From: Planctomycetaceae bacterium
GTDB lineage: Bacteria > Planctomycetota > SZUA-567
Direction of reading: 5' to 3'
DNA length: 64,000 nucleotides
NCBI GenBank assembly: GCA_021201355.1
Contig: JAJQFC010000024.1
Location: forward strand, 206-64,205
How positions within the stretch are numbered: the stretch's first letter is position 1; each line of letters begins with the position of its first letter. Made by a program: the position numbers and the translations under genes. The notes beneath the pieces are model-generated. The model did no database searches. It was not told the origin of the DNA and saw nothing but the letters and a program-made list of their open reading frames with translations. Of this stretch, positions 29,258 through 39,511 are shown piece after piece.

Positions 29258-29552
29258 TTTTTTTACTAATAATTTTTTATTGATAAAATTCTATTGATAT
29301 TTGATCAATCAAACTTTTTTCCACACTCTTCCGCGTTTTGATGGTAAATATACCTATCTTCTTTCACGTCAAACCCTTCTTACCAGAGGGGACCAGCCGG
29401 ACCTTCCCCACTCCTCCGCCTCCGGCACTTCCGGCCAGTTTTATTCGGAGATTTTTTACCGATATTTTTTTACTGATTGATTGACAAAAGGGTTACGCGT
29501 GATATACTGGTAACTATATGATAACATTTTTATTGATAACTTTTTACCGATA
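29258..29552. promoter_or_regulatory. AT-rich divergent control region with seven T-tract + AYYGATW units in three clusters at 14-bp spacing
   Basis: Heptamers ACTAATA 29265, ATTGATA 29279, ATTGATA 29293; ACCGATA 29458, ACTGATT 29472; ATTGATA 29532, ACCGATA 29546. Six of the seven are preceded by T5-7 (the 29293 copy is not). Within each cluster, neighbours are exactly 14 bp apart. Confidence 0.6.
29481..29508 (+). promoter_or_regulatory. sigma70-type promoter for the fumarase operon
   Basis: TTGACA (29481-29486), 16 nt, TATACT (29503-29508). Confidence 0.6.
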
Positions 29553-29656
29553 GCCCGAGGCGAAATCCGTTTTTACGCAGCCCGGAGTCGGTGACAGTGG
29601 CCTGTTCGTCCAAAATTTTTTCCACTCACACTCACTCATTTCACAAGGGGACGGTA

Positions 29657-30499
29657 ATGCGAGAGCTCTCCGCTGACACCATTACCAGCGCCGTCCGCGA
29701 CATGTGCATCGAGGCGAATCTCGAACTCCCGAAAGACGTAGCCGACTGCATCCGGACTCGAAGCCGCGAGGAACCCTGGCCCGCCGCCAAGGACACGCTG
29801 GAAAAGCTGGTTGAAAACATCAACATCGCCCACAACGACAAGATGCCCCTGTGCCAGGACACCGGCATGGCCGTCGTCCTTGTCGAACTTGGGCAGGACG
29901 TCCACATTACCGGCGCCTACCTGGTCGACGCGATTAACGAAGGCGTCCGCCAGGGCTATGATCAGGGCTTTCTCCGGAAGTCCGTCGTCGCCGATCCGCT
30001 CCGGCGGAAAAACACCGGCGACAACACCCCGGCCCTCGTCCACGTCGACATCGTCCCGGGCGATAAGGTGAAAATTACCGTGGCGCCGAAAGGCTTCGGC
30101 TCGGAAAACATGAGCCGCCTCGTCATGCTCGCCCCGTCCGCCGGGGAAAACGGCGTCAAGGACTTCGTCGTCGAAACGGCGAAGATTGCCGGTCCGAACC
30201 CCTGTCCTCCCATTGTCGTCGGCGTCGGCATCGGCGGTTCGTTCGACCGGGTGGCGCTTCTTGCCAAAAAGGCCCTGCAGCGGCCCATCGACCAACCGAA
30301 TCCGGACCCGTACTACGCCGAGATGGAAAAGGAACTGCGGGATCGCATCAACGCCCTCGGCATCGGTCCCCAGGGCTTCGGCGGCGAGACCACCGTCCTC
30401 GGCGTCAATATCGAGGTCTTCCCGACCCACATCGCCGGCCTGCCGGTGGCGGTCAACATCAACTGCCATGTGACCCGGCACGCCTCCCGCGTGCTGTAA
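29657..30499 (+). CDS. Fe-S-type (class I) fumarate/tartrate hydro-lyase, alpha subunit
   Basis: ATG 29657 with an AAGGGGA SD. MPLCQDTGMAVV motif and the overall class I fumarase N-terminal-domain pattern. Confidence 0.85.
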   Translation: MRELSADTITSAVRDMCIEANLELPKDVADCIRTRSREEPWPAAKDTLEKLVENINIAHNDKMPLCQDTGMAVVLVELGQDVHITGAYLVDAINEGVRQGYDQGFLRKSVVADPLRRKNTGDNTPALVHVDIVPGDKVKITVAPKGFGSENMSRLVMLAPSAGENGVKDFVVETAKIAGPNPCPPIVVGVGIGGSFDRVALLAKKALQRPIDQPNPDPYYAEMEKELRDRINALGIGPQGFGGETTVLGVNIEVFPTHIAGLPVAVNINCHVTRHASRVL

Positions 30500-30568
30500 C
30501 CGGCGCACGACGTTGGCACGCCGTGAAGAACCGGTCGGTACTCCGAATCCACTAAAAAAGGCCTTCGC

Positions 30569-31144
30569 ATGGAAAGCATCAAAATAACCACGCCCTTTTC
30601 CGAAGCCGACGCGCGGAAATTGAAAGCCGGCGACACCGCCCTCATTACCGGCGTCATCTACACCGCCCGCGACGCCGCCCATAAACGCCTTGTCGAACTC
30701 CTCGACAAAGGGGAACCCCTCCCCATCGACGTCAAGGACGCCTTCATCTACTACGTGGGCCCGACGCCGCCGAAACCGGGACAGGCAATCGGCTCGGCCG
30801 GCCCGACCACCAGTTACCGGATGGACGCCTACGCCCCGCGCCTTCTCGACCTCGGCCTCCGCGGCATGATCGGCAAGGGCAAGCGGTCACAGGACGTCAT
30901 CAACAGCATGAAGAAAAACGGCTCCGTCTATTTCGGCGCCATCGGCGGCGGCGCCGCCCTCATCGCCAAACGCATCGTCTCGGCGGAGGTGGTCTGCTAC
31001 GAAGATCTCGGCAGCGAAGCCATCCGCCGCCTCGAAGTGAAGGATTTCCCCGTCACCGTCATCATCGACGCCGAGGGGAACAACCTCTATGAAATAGGGG
31101 TCAGCGAATACCTCATGGCCAAGGCCGACGGCAAGCTCGGGTAG
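30569..31144 (+). CDS. Fe-S-type (class I) fumarate/tartrate hydro-lyase, beta subunit
   Basis: GVIYTARDAAHKRL...YYVGPTP...GPTTSYRMD...MIGKGKR pattern of the beta domain. Confidence 0.85.
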   Translation: MESIKITTPFSEADARKLKAGDTALITGVIYTARDAAHKRLVELLDKGEPLPIDVKDAFIYYVGPTPPKPGQAIGSAGPTTSYRMDAYAPRLLDLGLRGMIGKGKRSQDVINSMKKNGSVYFGAIGGGAALIAKRIVSAEVVCYEDLGSEAIRRLEVKDFPVTVIIDAEGNNLYEIGVSEYLMAKADGKLG

Positions 31145-31264
31145 TTGACCGGGCATTGTACCACATAAACTGGGTTGTGTCCACTCGAGGGGTCAATCGG
31201 CGGGGGCGCTGTGCAGCCGGTGCGATCCCGGGAGTGATTTTCACATTTTCTAAAGGAAAGCCTT

Positions 31265-32374
31265 ATGGAACGCAAACACTTTGAAATTCAGAGTCTCAAG
31301 AACCTGGTCAAGGCCATTTTCGAAAAGTACGGGCTTTCCCCGGAAAACAGCGAGGACGTGGCGAAAGCAATACTCGAGGCCGACCGCATGGGCATTGAAT
31401 CCCACGGCATTTCCCGTATCGGCATGTACATCTACGGCATGAAAATCGGCCGTATCCGCCCGACCGCCGAGACGAAACTGGTTCTCGAAACGCCGGTCTC
31501 CGCCGTCCTCGACGCCAACGACGGCATGGGCCAGCCCGCCTCCATCCGCGCCATGTCCATGGCGATTGAAAAGGCCAAGCGGAGCGGCATGGGCATCGTC
31601 GTCGTCCGGAACTCGAACCACTTCGGCATCGGCGGCTACTACTCCATGATGGCGGCGCGGGAACACATGCTCGGCATGTGCATGACGAACTCGGAAGCCA
31701 TGGTCGTCCCTACCTTCGGCCGCCGCGCCATGATGGGCACGAACCCCATTGCCGTGACGATGCCCGCGCACCCGGCCTGGTTCCACTTTGATATTTCCAC
31801 CTCCGTCGTCCCGGCCGGCAAGATTGAGGTCTACAGCCGGAACAAGGAAGCGCTGCCGGAAGGCTGGTCTGTCGGCTGCGACGGCAAGGTCAACACCGAC
31901 CCGGACGTGTTCTTGAAAATCCGCCGGGAAAAGCTCGACGGCGGCCTCCTCCCGATGGGCGGCTACGGCACCCGGAACTCCGGCCACAAAGGCTACGCCA
32001 TTTCCATGCTGGTCGAACTCATGACCGGCGTCTTCGCCAGCGGCAACACTTCGAACCATGTCCGGGAAGTCCCGAACGTCGACCGCTGCTGCCACATGTT
32101 CCAGGTCATCGATTACGGCATATTCGGCGACAAAAAGGCGATTGAGGACCACTTCAGCCGCTACTTGAATGAAATCCGCGCCTCCGCCAAGGCCGAAGGC
32201 CAGGACCGCATCTTCACCCAGGGCGAAATCGAAACCGCGACCAAGCTCCGCGTCGACCGGGAAGGCGTCGGTATTCACGAAAAGAGCCTGCAGGACATTA
32301 TCAGCATCTGCAACGAAGTCGGCGTCGACTACCAGTCGATCATGGTCGAAAAGGCCCCCGCCGCCGCCAAATAA
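31265..32374 (+). CDS. Ldh_2-family malate/L-lactate/sulfolactate-type dehydrogenase
   Basis: GIESHGISRIGMY, VVRNSNHFGIGGYY and GTNPIAV motifs of the Ldh_2 family. Confidence 0.8.
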   Translation: MERKHFEIQSLKNLVKAIFEKYGLSPENSEDVAKAILEADRMGIESHGISRIGMYIYGMKIGRIRPTAETKLVLETPVSAVLDANDGMGQPASIRAMSMAIEKAKRSGMGIVVVRNSNHFGIGGYYSMMAAREHMLGMCMTNSEAMVVPTFGRRAMMGTNPIAVTMPAHPAWFHFDISTSVVPAGKIEVYSRNKEALPEGWSVGCDGKVNTDPDVFLKIRREKLDGGLLPMGGYGTRNSGHKGYAISMLVELMTGVFASGNTSNHVREVPNVDRCCHMFQVIDYGIFGDKKAIEDHFSRYLNEIRASAKAEGQDRIFTQGEIETATKLRVDREGVGIHEKSLQDIISICNEVGVDYQSIMVEKAPAAAK

Positions 32375-32624
32375 TCGTGAGGCGCCGGTACGGACGTCTC
32401 CGCGCCGCGCATCGGCACGCCCTGCCGACGTGCCTGGCCGACGTTCCCGGAAAGGCGGTAACGACATTTCGGTAATTTTCCGAAATTAGCTATTGCATTG
32501 CCGGTCAAAATGGCGTCAATAGTGAATGGCGTCGCCGACGGCGAAACACCGCCGCTGACGCCGGCGAACTCTATAGCAGCGACCCCGCCCCAGACGAGGA
32601 TATGTACGGTACGCCGGTCCGTGC

Positions 32625-33341
32625 ATGTTGCGTCAGGGGCGATTTTTTTTCCGATATGGTGTGAATAGTAACTGCGTGCGAATACGACTCTCCGATCATT
32701 TCACCTACGGCCGCCTATTCCGTTTCGTTTTCCCATCCATTGTCATGATGATTTTCATCTCCATTTACGGCGTCGTGGACGGCCTGTTCGTCTCGAACTA
32801 TGTCGGAAAAAACCCCGTTCGCGGCAATCAACCTGATTGTCCCGTTCCTTATGGCAATGGGGGCGGTTGGGGACGATAATTGGTTCGGGAGGCGCGGCGC
32901 TGGTGTCCAAAACGCTGGGGGAGGGAAACGGGAAAAGGCGAACCGGCTCTTCTCCATGCTGGTGTACCTGACGATCTTCATCGGCGCCGTCCTTACCGTC
33001 CTCGGGCTGTGGCTGGTCTGGCCGGCCTCCGTTCTCATGGGCGCGAGTGGCGATCTACTCGAATACTGCGTGTCGGCTTGGGGTTGGCAGGGGCGGCGAT
33101 ATCGTCGGTCATCGGGCAGGCGATCGGAGCGGTCGTTCCCATAGTCGATTTCGCCCGGAAAAACGACAGCCTGCTCCGCCTCGTCCGGCCGGCTTTCCCT
33201 TGTCGGGCCATACTGAAAGTCGCCACAAACGGCGCGTCGGAACTTCTTACTACGCTGTCGTCATCCTTCGTGAGCGTTCTCTATAACCTGCATTTCATCC
33301 GCCTCGCCGGTGAGGACGGCGTGGCCGCGTACGGCGTTATA
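32625..33341 (+). pseudogene. decayed MATE-family efflux transporter remnant
   Basis: MATE-like segments switch frame at least four times: frame 3 FVFPSIVMMIFISIYGVVDGLFVSNYVGKN, frame 1 PFAAINLIVPFLMAMGAVG, frame 2 IIGSGGAALVSKTLGEGNGK, frame 1 ANRLFSMLVYLTIFIGAVL...LEYCV, frame 3 AGAAISSVIGQAIGAVVP...GVAAYGVI. An internal piece and the whole C-terminal half are missing. Confidence 0.7.
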
Positions 33342-33412
33342 CCGTCACCGTACCGTTTTTCCTCGTCATGCGGAAACGGTTTAAGTACGCAGAGCCTACG
33401 CCTGGCGTAGAA

Positions 33413-35365
33413 TTATCGGGTGGCCGCCTCGTCCTCGCTACTGTGGGCGTTCATGTTCGGCACCGGTTCCAACGAAAGGTGAGGCACGCCTTCCGAAGCC
33501 TGATCGGCCGCGCCCTCCACCGCCTTCACGATGGTCTCGTCCGTACTGTATTGCCGGACAATGTCCATGAATTCCTCGCCGGTGATTGTCTCGTGTTCGA
33601 GGAGGAAATCGGCGAGACGGTGGAGAAGGTCCATATTTCCCTTCAAAACTTCAACCGCCTTGTCGTGGCCTGACTTGACTATCTGGATAACCTTTTCATC
33701 AATCCGCGAACCGGTCTCGTCCGAACAGTTCAGGCCGGGGTCGCCCCCGAGGTACCGGTTCGTCATCACTTCCATCGCCGTCATGCCGAATTCGTCTGTC
33801 ATGCCGAACCGCGCCACCATGGACCGGGCCAGTTTCGTCATCTGTTCGATATCGTTGGCGGCGCCGGAGGTGGCGGTGTTGAAGACGAGTTCCTCCGCCG
33901 CCCGGCCGCCGGCGAAGGTGGCGATGCGGCCGAGGAGCTGCTCCCGCGTCATGAGGAACCGCTCCTTTTCGTCCACCTGCATGGTATAGCCGAGGGCGCC
34001 GGACGACCGGGGAACGATGGTGATTTTATGCACAGGCGCCGCGTCCGTCACCTTGGCGGCGACGAGGGCGTGGCCAATTTCATGGTACGACACCATGCGT
34101 TTTTCCTCGGGCGAAATCACCGTGCTCTTCCGCTGATACCCGGCGATGACCACCTCGACGGATTCCATCAGATCTTCCTGGGATACCCGGTCCCGCCCCT
34201 CACGCACCGCCCGGAGCGCGCCTTCGTTAATGATGTTTTCCAGTTCCGCCCCGGACGCGCCGGCGGTGGCCCGGGCAATAAAGTTCAAATCGATGTTGTC
34301 GGCCATTTTGACGCCCTTCGCGTGGACGCGGAGAATGGCTTCGCGGCCGACCAGATCCGGCAGTTCCACCGGAATCCGCCGGTCGAACCGGCCCGGCCGG
34401 AGGAGGGCCGGATCGAGGGATTCCGGGCGGTTGGTGGCGGCGAGGATGACGACGCCCTTGCAGCCGTCGAAGCCGTCCATCTCGGCGAGGAGCTGGTTGA
34501 GGGTCTGTTCCCGTTCGTCGTTGCCGCCGGGCATGCCGCCGCTGTCGCGCTTTTTGCCGATGGTGTCGATTTCGTCGATAAAAATGATGCACGGCGCCTT
34601 CTCCGTCGCCTGCTTGAAGAGGTCGCGGACCTTGGCCGCGCCCATGCCGACAAACATTTCGACAAACTCCGACCCGGATATGGAGAAGAACGGCACATGC
34701 GCCTCTCCGGCCACCGCCCGGGCGAGGAGAGTCTTGCCGGTGCCGGGAGGCCCGACGAGGAGGGCGTCTTTCGGGAGGACGGCGCCGATGGCGGAGTATT
34801 TGTCCGGGGAATGGAGGAAGTCGACGATTTCCCGGAGGGCGTCCTTGGCTTCGTCCTGGCCGGCGACGTCGTCGAAGCGTTTGCCGGTTTCGGATTCGGC
34901 GTAGATTTTGGCGTTGGACTTGCCGAGAGTCAGGGCGTTTTTCCCGCCGAAACTTTTCTGAAAGCCGCGCGCCAGCTATTGCCCGATCAGGATAAAAATG
35001 AACAGGGGCAAAATCCATGACAGGAGAAAACTCACTATCGGCGAGGTCTGGTGCGGTACGACCCGGGTAAACTTCACACCCTGCGTGTGGAGCCGGTCGA
35101 CGAGATCCGCGTCCTGCCAGGCGCCGGTGGAGTTAAGGACCGGTTCGCCTTCCTCGTTCTCCGTTTCATAGAGGATGCGATCGTCCTCGAGCGTCACCTC
35201 CCGAACGTTCCCCGCATCGAGTTCGGTGAGAAAGGTGCCGTAATCGACCTCATGAACCTTCGGTTTGGTGATGGCCGGAAACAGGAGCGTATTCATGAGC
35301 ATGAGGGCGATAAGAAGAAACATGAAATAGGGGATCGGCTGTTTCTTCGGCGAGTCTTCCAGCAT
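33413..35365 (-). pseudogene. ftsH: ATP-dependent zinc metalloprotease FtsH interrupted by one in-frame TAG
   Basis: Single frame of 651 codons (including the terminal stop), broken only by TAG at 34976-34978 just after TM2 (...LFIFILIGQ*LARGFQKSFGG...). Walker A GPPGTGKT, Walker [31 protein letters not shown] and HEIGH are all intact. ORF-track pieces are 34976-35365 and 33413-34714. Confidence 0.8.
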
Positions 35366-35437
35366 GGCTATCCTTCCTGTTACCGGTTCGGCCGCTCCCC
35401 TCCGGAGCGCCGACGGCCGGCATCTGTAAACATCCTG

Positions 35438-35477
35438 TCAAAAACACGGCGAGACGCCGTGGTCGCGGCGTCTCGCC
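35438..35477 (-). terminator. intrinsic terminator downstream of the FIST gene
   Basis: 12-bp stem GGCGAGACGCCG / CGGCGTCTCGCC, followed on the minus strand by GTGTTTTTG. Confidence 0.65.
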
Positions 35478-35683
35478 CTGGTCGTTCCGGCAGTGGCTTC
35501 GTATGGTGCATTTCGCTGTTCATTGCCGTCCTTCCCGCCGCACATCCTGTCGGGCCGGCTCGAAACCGCCCAGCGGGAATCCGGGCCGGGTCGTATCGGT
35601 GTACGGCGTCGAATGCGCGAGAGAGTGTCTCATATTAATCACATTGCCGGATCCGTCCCGTCCATACCGACAGCGCCATAATT

Positions 35684-36844
35684 CTATTTAAAAAGAATTA
35701 TCGACGATGTCATGGCCAGGATGCCGACGTAAATTTCACCGTATGAAGAAAACGAAACGCTCGGCACGACGCCGAAGAGTTTGGCGAACTGCTCCACCTG
35801 GTTGGCGTTCCGGAGGGATGTGTGCCGGGAGGCGCAGTTGGTGTGAAGCATGGCGGCGAACGGGCCTTCACGACGGAATTTGTCATCCAGCGCCGCCTTG
35901 GTCACCTCGTAGACATTGCCCACCCGCGTGACAGTCATCCGCATTCCGACAACGACGCGGGCGAACATCTGCAGGCCGCCGTTGTCCGTCTGTTTCACGA
36001 GGGCGCGGAGGAACGGCTCGCCGTCGACATTGAGGGCGAGGGGATTCTCGTCAAAGTCGAGAATGTCCATCGATTCCACCGGCGTGCCGATGATCTCGGC
36101 ATAGGCTTCCGCCGCCGGCCGGCTGTCAAACTCGTAGACAATCCGGTTTTCCTCGTCCGCCTTGGTGACGGTGAGGGAGGTGTTCGTCAGATCAACCGCC
36201 TGCGTTTTCAGTACCGAGAAACCTTCCACCGGCTTCCACAGGCACATGAGGGCGGCGGTCTTATAGGACCGGCCCTGGTAGAAAATCCGCTGATCGTTTG
36301 TGAATTTATAGTCGTCGCCGGCGACGCCGCCGAGGAACAGGACATCGGTCATTTCCCCGACCACGTCCATGACCCGTTCGCTGAAGGCGGAGATCCGATC
36401 CGTCAGGAGGTACCCGACGTATTCGCGAAAATCAAGATCGAGCAGCGGCTGCGACAGGTTACGGCCGAGGTATTTCATCGCATCCCTGGCGGTGGTGAAG
36501 ACGTCTTTCCGGTCGGGCGGGACGTCCGCCTTGTTGCCGACGACCAGAGCGAACTCATTGTAGGAAAACACGGCGGCGGACATGGCCATGGCGACAACGG
36601 AATGGTTGAGAATTTCGCCATTAATGCCTTCGCCGGCGGTGCTGCAACCGATGGTGAGGGCGTCGGGGAAGGCGTCGTGCATGTCGGAGGCGATGGTTTC
36701 CGGGTCGTAGTTGGTGGAGGCGAAAAAAACAACCACCGCGGCCTGAAATCCCTGGAGATTGGTCATGATTTTCCGGACAGCGGTGCGGGCGTTCGCCACG
36801 GCGTCGCCTTCGAGAGAAACGGCTTGAACAGTGCGGAAACGCAT
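35684..36844 (-). CDS. FIST (N and C) domain signal-transduction protein
   Basis: ATG 36844 (MRFRTVQAV). VVVFFASTNYDPETIASDMHDAFPDALTIGCSTAGEG and a C-terminal SSYGEI pattern. Confidence 0.7.
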   Translation of the reverse strand: MRFRTVQAVSLEGDAVANARTAVRKIMTNLQGFQAAVVVFFASTNYDPETIASDMHDAFPDALTIGCSTAGEGINGEILNHSVVAMAMSAAVFSYNEFALVVGNKADVPPDRKDVFTTARDAMKYLGRNLSQPLLDLDFREYVGYLLTDRISAFSERVMDVVGEMTDVLFLGGVAGDDYKFTNDQRIFYQGRSYKTAALMCLWKPVEGFSVLKTQAVDLTNTSLTVTKADEENRIVYEFDSRPAAEAYAEIIGTPVESMDILDFDENPLALNVDGEPFLRALVKQTDNGGLQMFARVVVGMRMTVTRVGNVYEVTKAALDDKFRREGPFAAMLHTNCASRHTSLRNANQVEQFAKLFGVVPSVSFSSYGEIYVGILAMTSSIILFK

Positions 36845-37213
36845 AAAGTCCCCAATCGTATGTAAAGCGATTTCAATCCGCCCGGTCCGTATTTTTTCCG
36901 TCCCCGAACGGAAATGGCGCCGCCTCTCAACCGTCCCCGGCGGATCTTTACGTTGACGGGAATCGGCGTCACGGGTCTCGGCGGCCACGGAATTCGAAAT
37001 CGTTGGAAGATACGGAATAACGCGTTACCCGGTAAATGGGATGCGTGCGGCCCCGACGATATTGTAGTGTCTGGTCGGCCTCCATGCAAGGGCCTACACC
37101 GATTTACACACGACGAAATTCCCTTTTACATTACATACATCGGTAGTGAGATGGAGACTGGGGGAGGGAAAAGACGGGAATGGTTATAATCGATTGCAAC
37201 AGCGCGGCGAGTG

Positions 37214-37266
37214 AATAAAAAACGCGACGCGCCTCCGGGGGGTGGGGTTCGGCAGAGGCGCGTCGC
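37214..37266 (-). terminator. strong intrinsic terminator about 325 nt downstream of recA
   Basis: 12-bp stem GCGACGCGCCTC / GAGGCGCGTCGC, followed on the minus strand by GTTTTTTATT. A T-run is also present on the plus side. Confidence 0.7.
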
Positions 37267-37588
37267 AGGGGGAATTTTTTTCGTTTAAATGTTCTGGCGA
37301 GACGGGAAGCGTTTTTCCTCCCGTGGCCGACGCCCCGTCGTCGTCCGGCCAGCGGCTCCGGAGCCTTCGGAGGAAAAGCGAAGGATTCGTGCCACACTGG
37401 TGACGGACGGGAGCGGTACCCGGTTTACAATTTATACCAGGACCCCTGATAGGACGGGAAGGTCGGGGTAGGCCCAATGTTATAGAAGACGCCGTCGTGT
37501 TCTTGCCACCTCGCGGCCTCAGTCGGCGCCGGGGAAATGGAAAAATACTGATCGCTCAGGAGACCTTCAAAGACATTGGGTTCGTACA

Positions 37589-38767
37589 TCAAGCCACTTC
37601 CTCCATGGAATCGGGCGAATCCTGACTACCTGATTCGCTATCCGCAGGTGCCCCACTTAGTTCCTTGTCCAGTTCGAGTTGATCGTCCTTTTCTTCTTTT
37701 TGCGGATCTTCCATAACGATGACGTTGTCGAAGAGGAGGGACTTCAGTTTGTTCTCGATTTCCCCGGCGATGTCCGGGTTGTCCTGGAGGAAATCGATGG
37801 CCTTGTCCCGGCCCTGGCCGATACGCATGTCGCCGTAGGAGAACCAGCTGCCGGTCTTTTCGATAATGCCGTGTTCGGACCCGAGGTCGACCACTTCGCC
37901 CAGCCGGTTGACGCCCTTGTTGAACAGGACCTGGAACTGGGCGATCTTGAACGGAGGCGCCATCTTATTCTTCACCACCTTGACCTTGGTGTCGGAGCCG
38001 AGAATTTCGTCGCCTTTCTTGATGGCCTGGGTGCGGCGGATGTCGAGGCGGACCGAGGAGTAGAACTTAAGGGCGTTGCCGCCCGTCGTCGTCTCGGGGC
38101 TGCCGAACATGACGCCGATTTTCATGCGAATCTGGTTGATGAAAATGATGCAGGTGTTCGACTTCTTGACAATGCCGGTGAGCTTCCGGAGGCCCTGGCT
38201 CATCAGCCTGGCCTGGAGGCCGACGTGGCTCTGGCCCATGTCGCCTTCCAGTTCCGCCTTCGGGGTGAGGGCGGCGACGGAGTCGATGACGATGACGTCG
38301 ACGGCGTTCGACCTGACAAGCATTTCGCAGATCTCGAGCGCCTGTTCGCCGCTGTCCGGCTGGCTGACAAGGAGGGTGTCCAGGTTGACGCCGAGCTTTC
38401 GGGCATAGCTCGGATCGAGGGCATGTTCGGCGTCGATGAAGGCGGCGACGCCGCCGTCCTTCTGGGAATTGGCGACGCAGTGCAGGGCCAGCGTCGTCTT
38501 GCCGGACGATTCCGGTCCGTAGAATTCGACGATTCGTCCCTTCGGGATACCGCCGACGCCGATGGCGGCGTCGAGGCCGAGAGAACCGGTGGAAATGACG
38601 TCGCACTTGACGACATTGTCCGCCCCGAGCCGCATGATTGCTTCCGGACCGAAGCGTTTGCCGATGTCGGCGAGGGCGGAGGTCAAATCCTGTTCTTTCT
38701 TCGTGACGCTGAGGACTTCGGCGGGATCGGCTTTTTTGTCAGCCTTGTCGCTTTTCGCGCGGGCCAT
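37589..38767 (-). CDS. recA: recombinase RecA
   Basis: [12 protein letters not shown] Walker A, full RecA core, basic N-terminal and long acidic C-terminal extensions. AAGGAG SD. Confidence 0.95.
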   Translation of the reverse strand: MARAKSDKADKKADPAEVLSVTKKEQDLTSALADIGKRFGPEAIMRLGADNVVKCDVISTGSLGLDAAIGVGGIPKGRIVEFYGPESSGKTTLALHCVANSQKDGGVAAFIDAEHALDPSYARKLGVNLDTLLVSQPDSGEQALEICEMLVRSNAVDVIVIDSVAALTPKAELEGDMGQSHVGLQARLMSQGLRKLTGIVKKSNTCIIFINQIRMKIGVMFGSPETTTGGNALKFYSSVRLDIRRTQAIKKGDEILGSDTKVKVVKNKMAPPFKIAQFQVLFNKGVNRLGEVVDLGSEHGIIEKTGSWFSYGDMRIGQGRDKAIDFLQDNPDIAGEIENKLKSLLFDNVIVMEDPQKEEKDDQLELDKELSGAPADSESGSQDSPDSMEEVA

Positions 38768-38864
38768 GGGTGTCTCCTTATACGGACGGGAATGCCGTGC
38801 TGGCCTAAAAGGTGGTCGTCATGTTCCAAGTGATAGTATAAACCGCCCAGCGGTGCGTTTCCGG

Positions 38865-39338
38865 TTACGCCTGCTTAACCGGACTCAGCACATCCAGGAG
38901 TTGGGTCTGGCAGAAATCGCTCCGGTAGGCCTCGATGCCCGGACGGCTGAAGTCGAGGACATAGTCGGACTGCTCGCCCGGCCACTTCATATAGATATAC
39001 GAATACACGTCGCTCAATACCGACAGGGTGACGCCGGCGCAGCAGGCGTTCAGGCCGCCCGGCACGGTGAACTCCTCTATCCCTTCCGGTACCGCCGCGC
39101 CGGGCGCCAGCGGCATGACCACCCAGTAGTCGAAGTCGTTTTCCGTAATCATGACGGAGACGCCGAAGGACTGCCCCGGGTAGGCCGGGTCGGCCGGGAA
39201 CGACGCCATGCGCGGACCGAAAACTTCGCTCCACAGCTTCGGGCAATCTTCGAACGCTTTCGCCATCGAGGTCTGGACTTTTATTCCGGCCGCCTTGATG
39301 GTCGGCTGGTCGATGATGGTGACGGTGAATTGTGACAT
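38865..39338 (-). CDS. GyrI-like small-molecule-binding (AraC effector-domain-like) protein
   Basis: 157 aa with the GyrI-like pattern (KAAGIKVQTS...FGVSVMITENDFDYWVVMP...IPEG). Sits between lexA and recA. Confidence 0.6.
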   Translation of the reverse strand: MSQFTVTIIDQPTIKAAGIKVQTSMAKAFEDCPKLWSEVFGPRMASFPADPAYPGQSFGVSVMITENDFDYWVVMPLAPGAAVPEGIEEFTVPGGLNACCAGVTLSVLSDVYSYIYMKWPGEQSDYVLDFSRPGIEAYRSDFCQTQLLDVLSPVKQA

Positions 39339-39511
39339 GTGATCGCCTTTTTCAAATGGTGGACAAGAGCGAGAAAGGTTTTGATTACATATTTAATCAG
39401 TTTATCTGGAAGTGGCGGTTTGGTCAACCGGTCCGGGCGGCGGCGAGTTTTTCTTCCACCTTTTTCAGTCCTTTACCGGTGCTATGCCACCCCGCCACGA
39501 CGCAGGCGCGG

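Noticed and set aside
29292-29308. FNR/CRP-type site TTGAT-N4-ATCAA in TATTGATATTTGATCAATCAA
   Set aside because: The half-sites are spaced by 5 nt or 2 nt, not the canonical 4. It is better explained as part of the 14-bp phased ATTGATA repeats.
29625-29650. Rex operator (TTGTGAA-N4-TTCACAA) upstream of the fumarase gene
   Set aside because: Only one half-site (TTTCACAA) is present, with no matching TTGTGA half.
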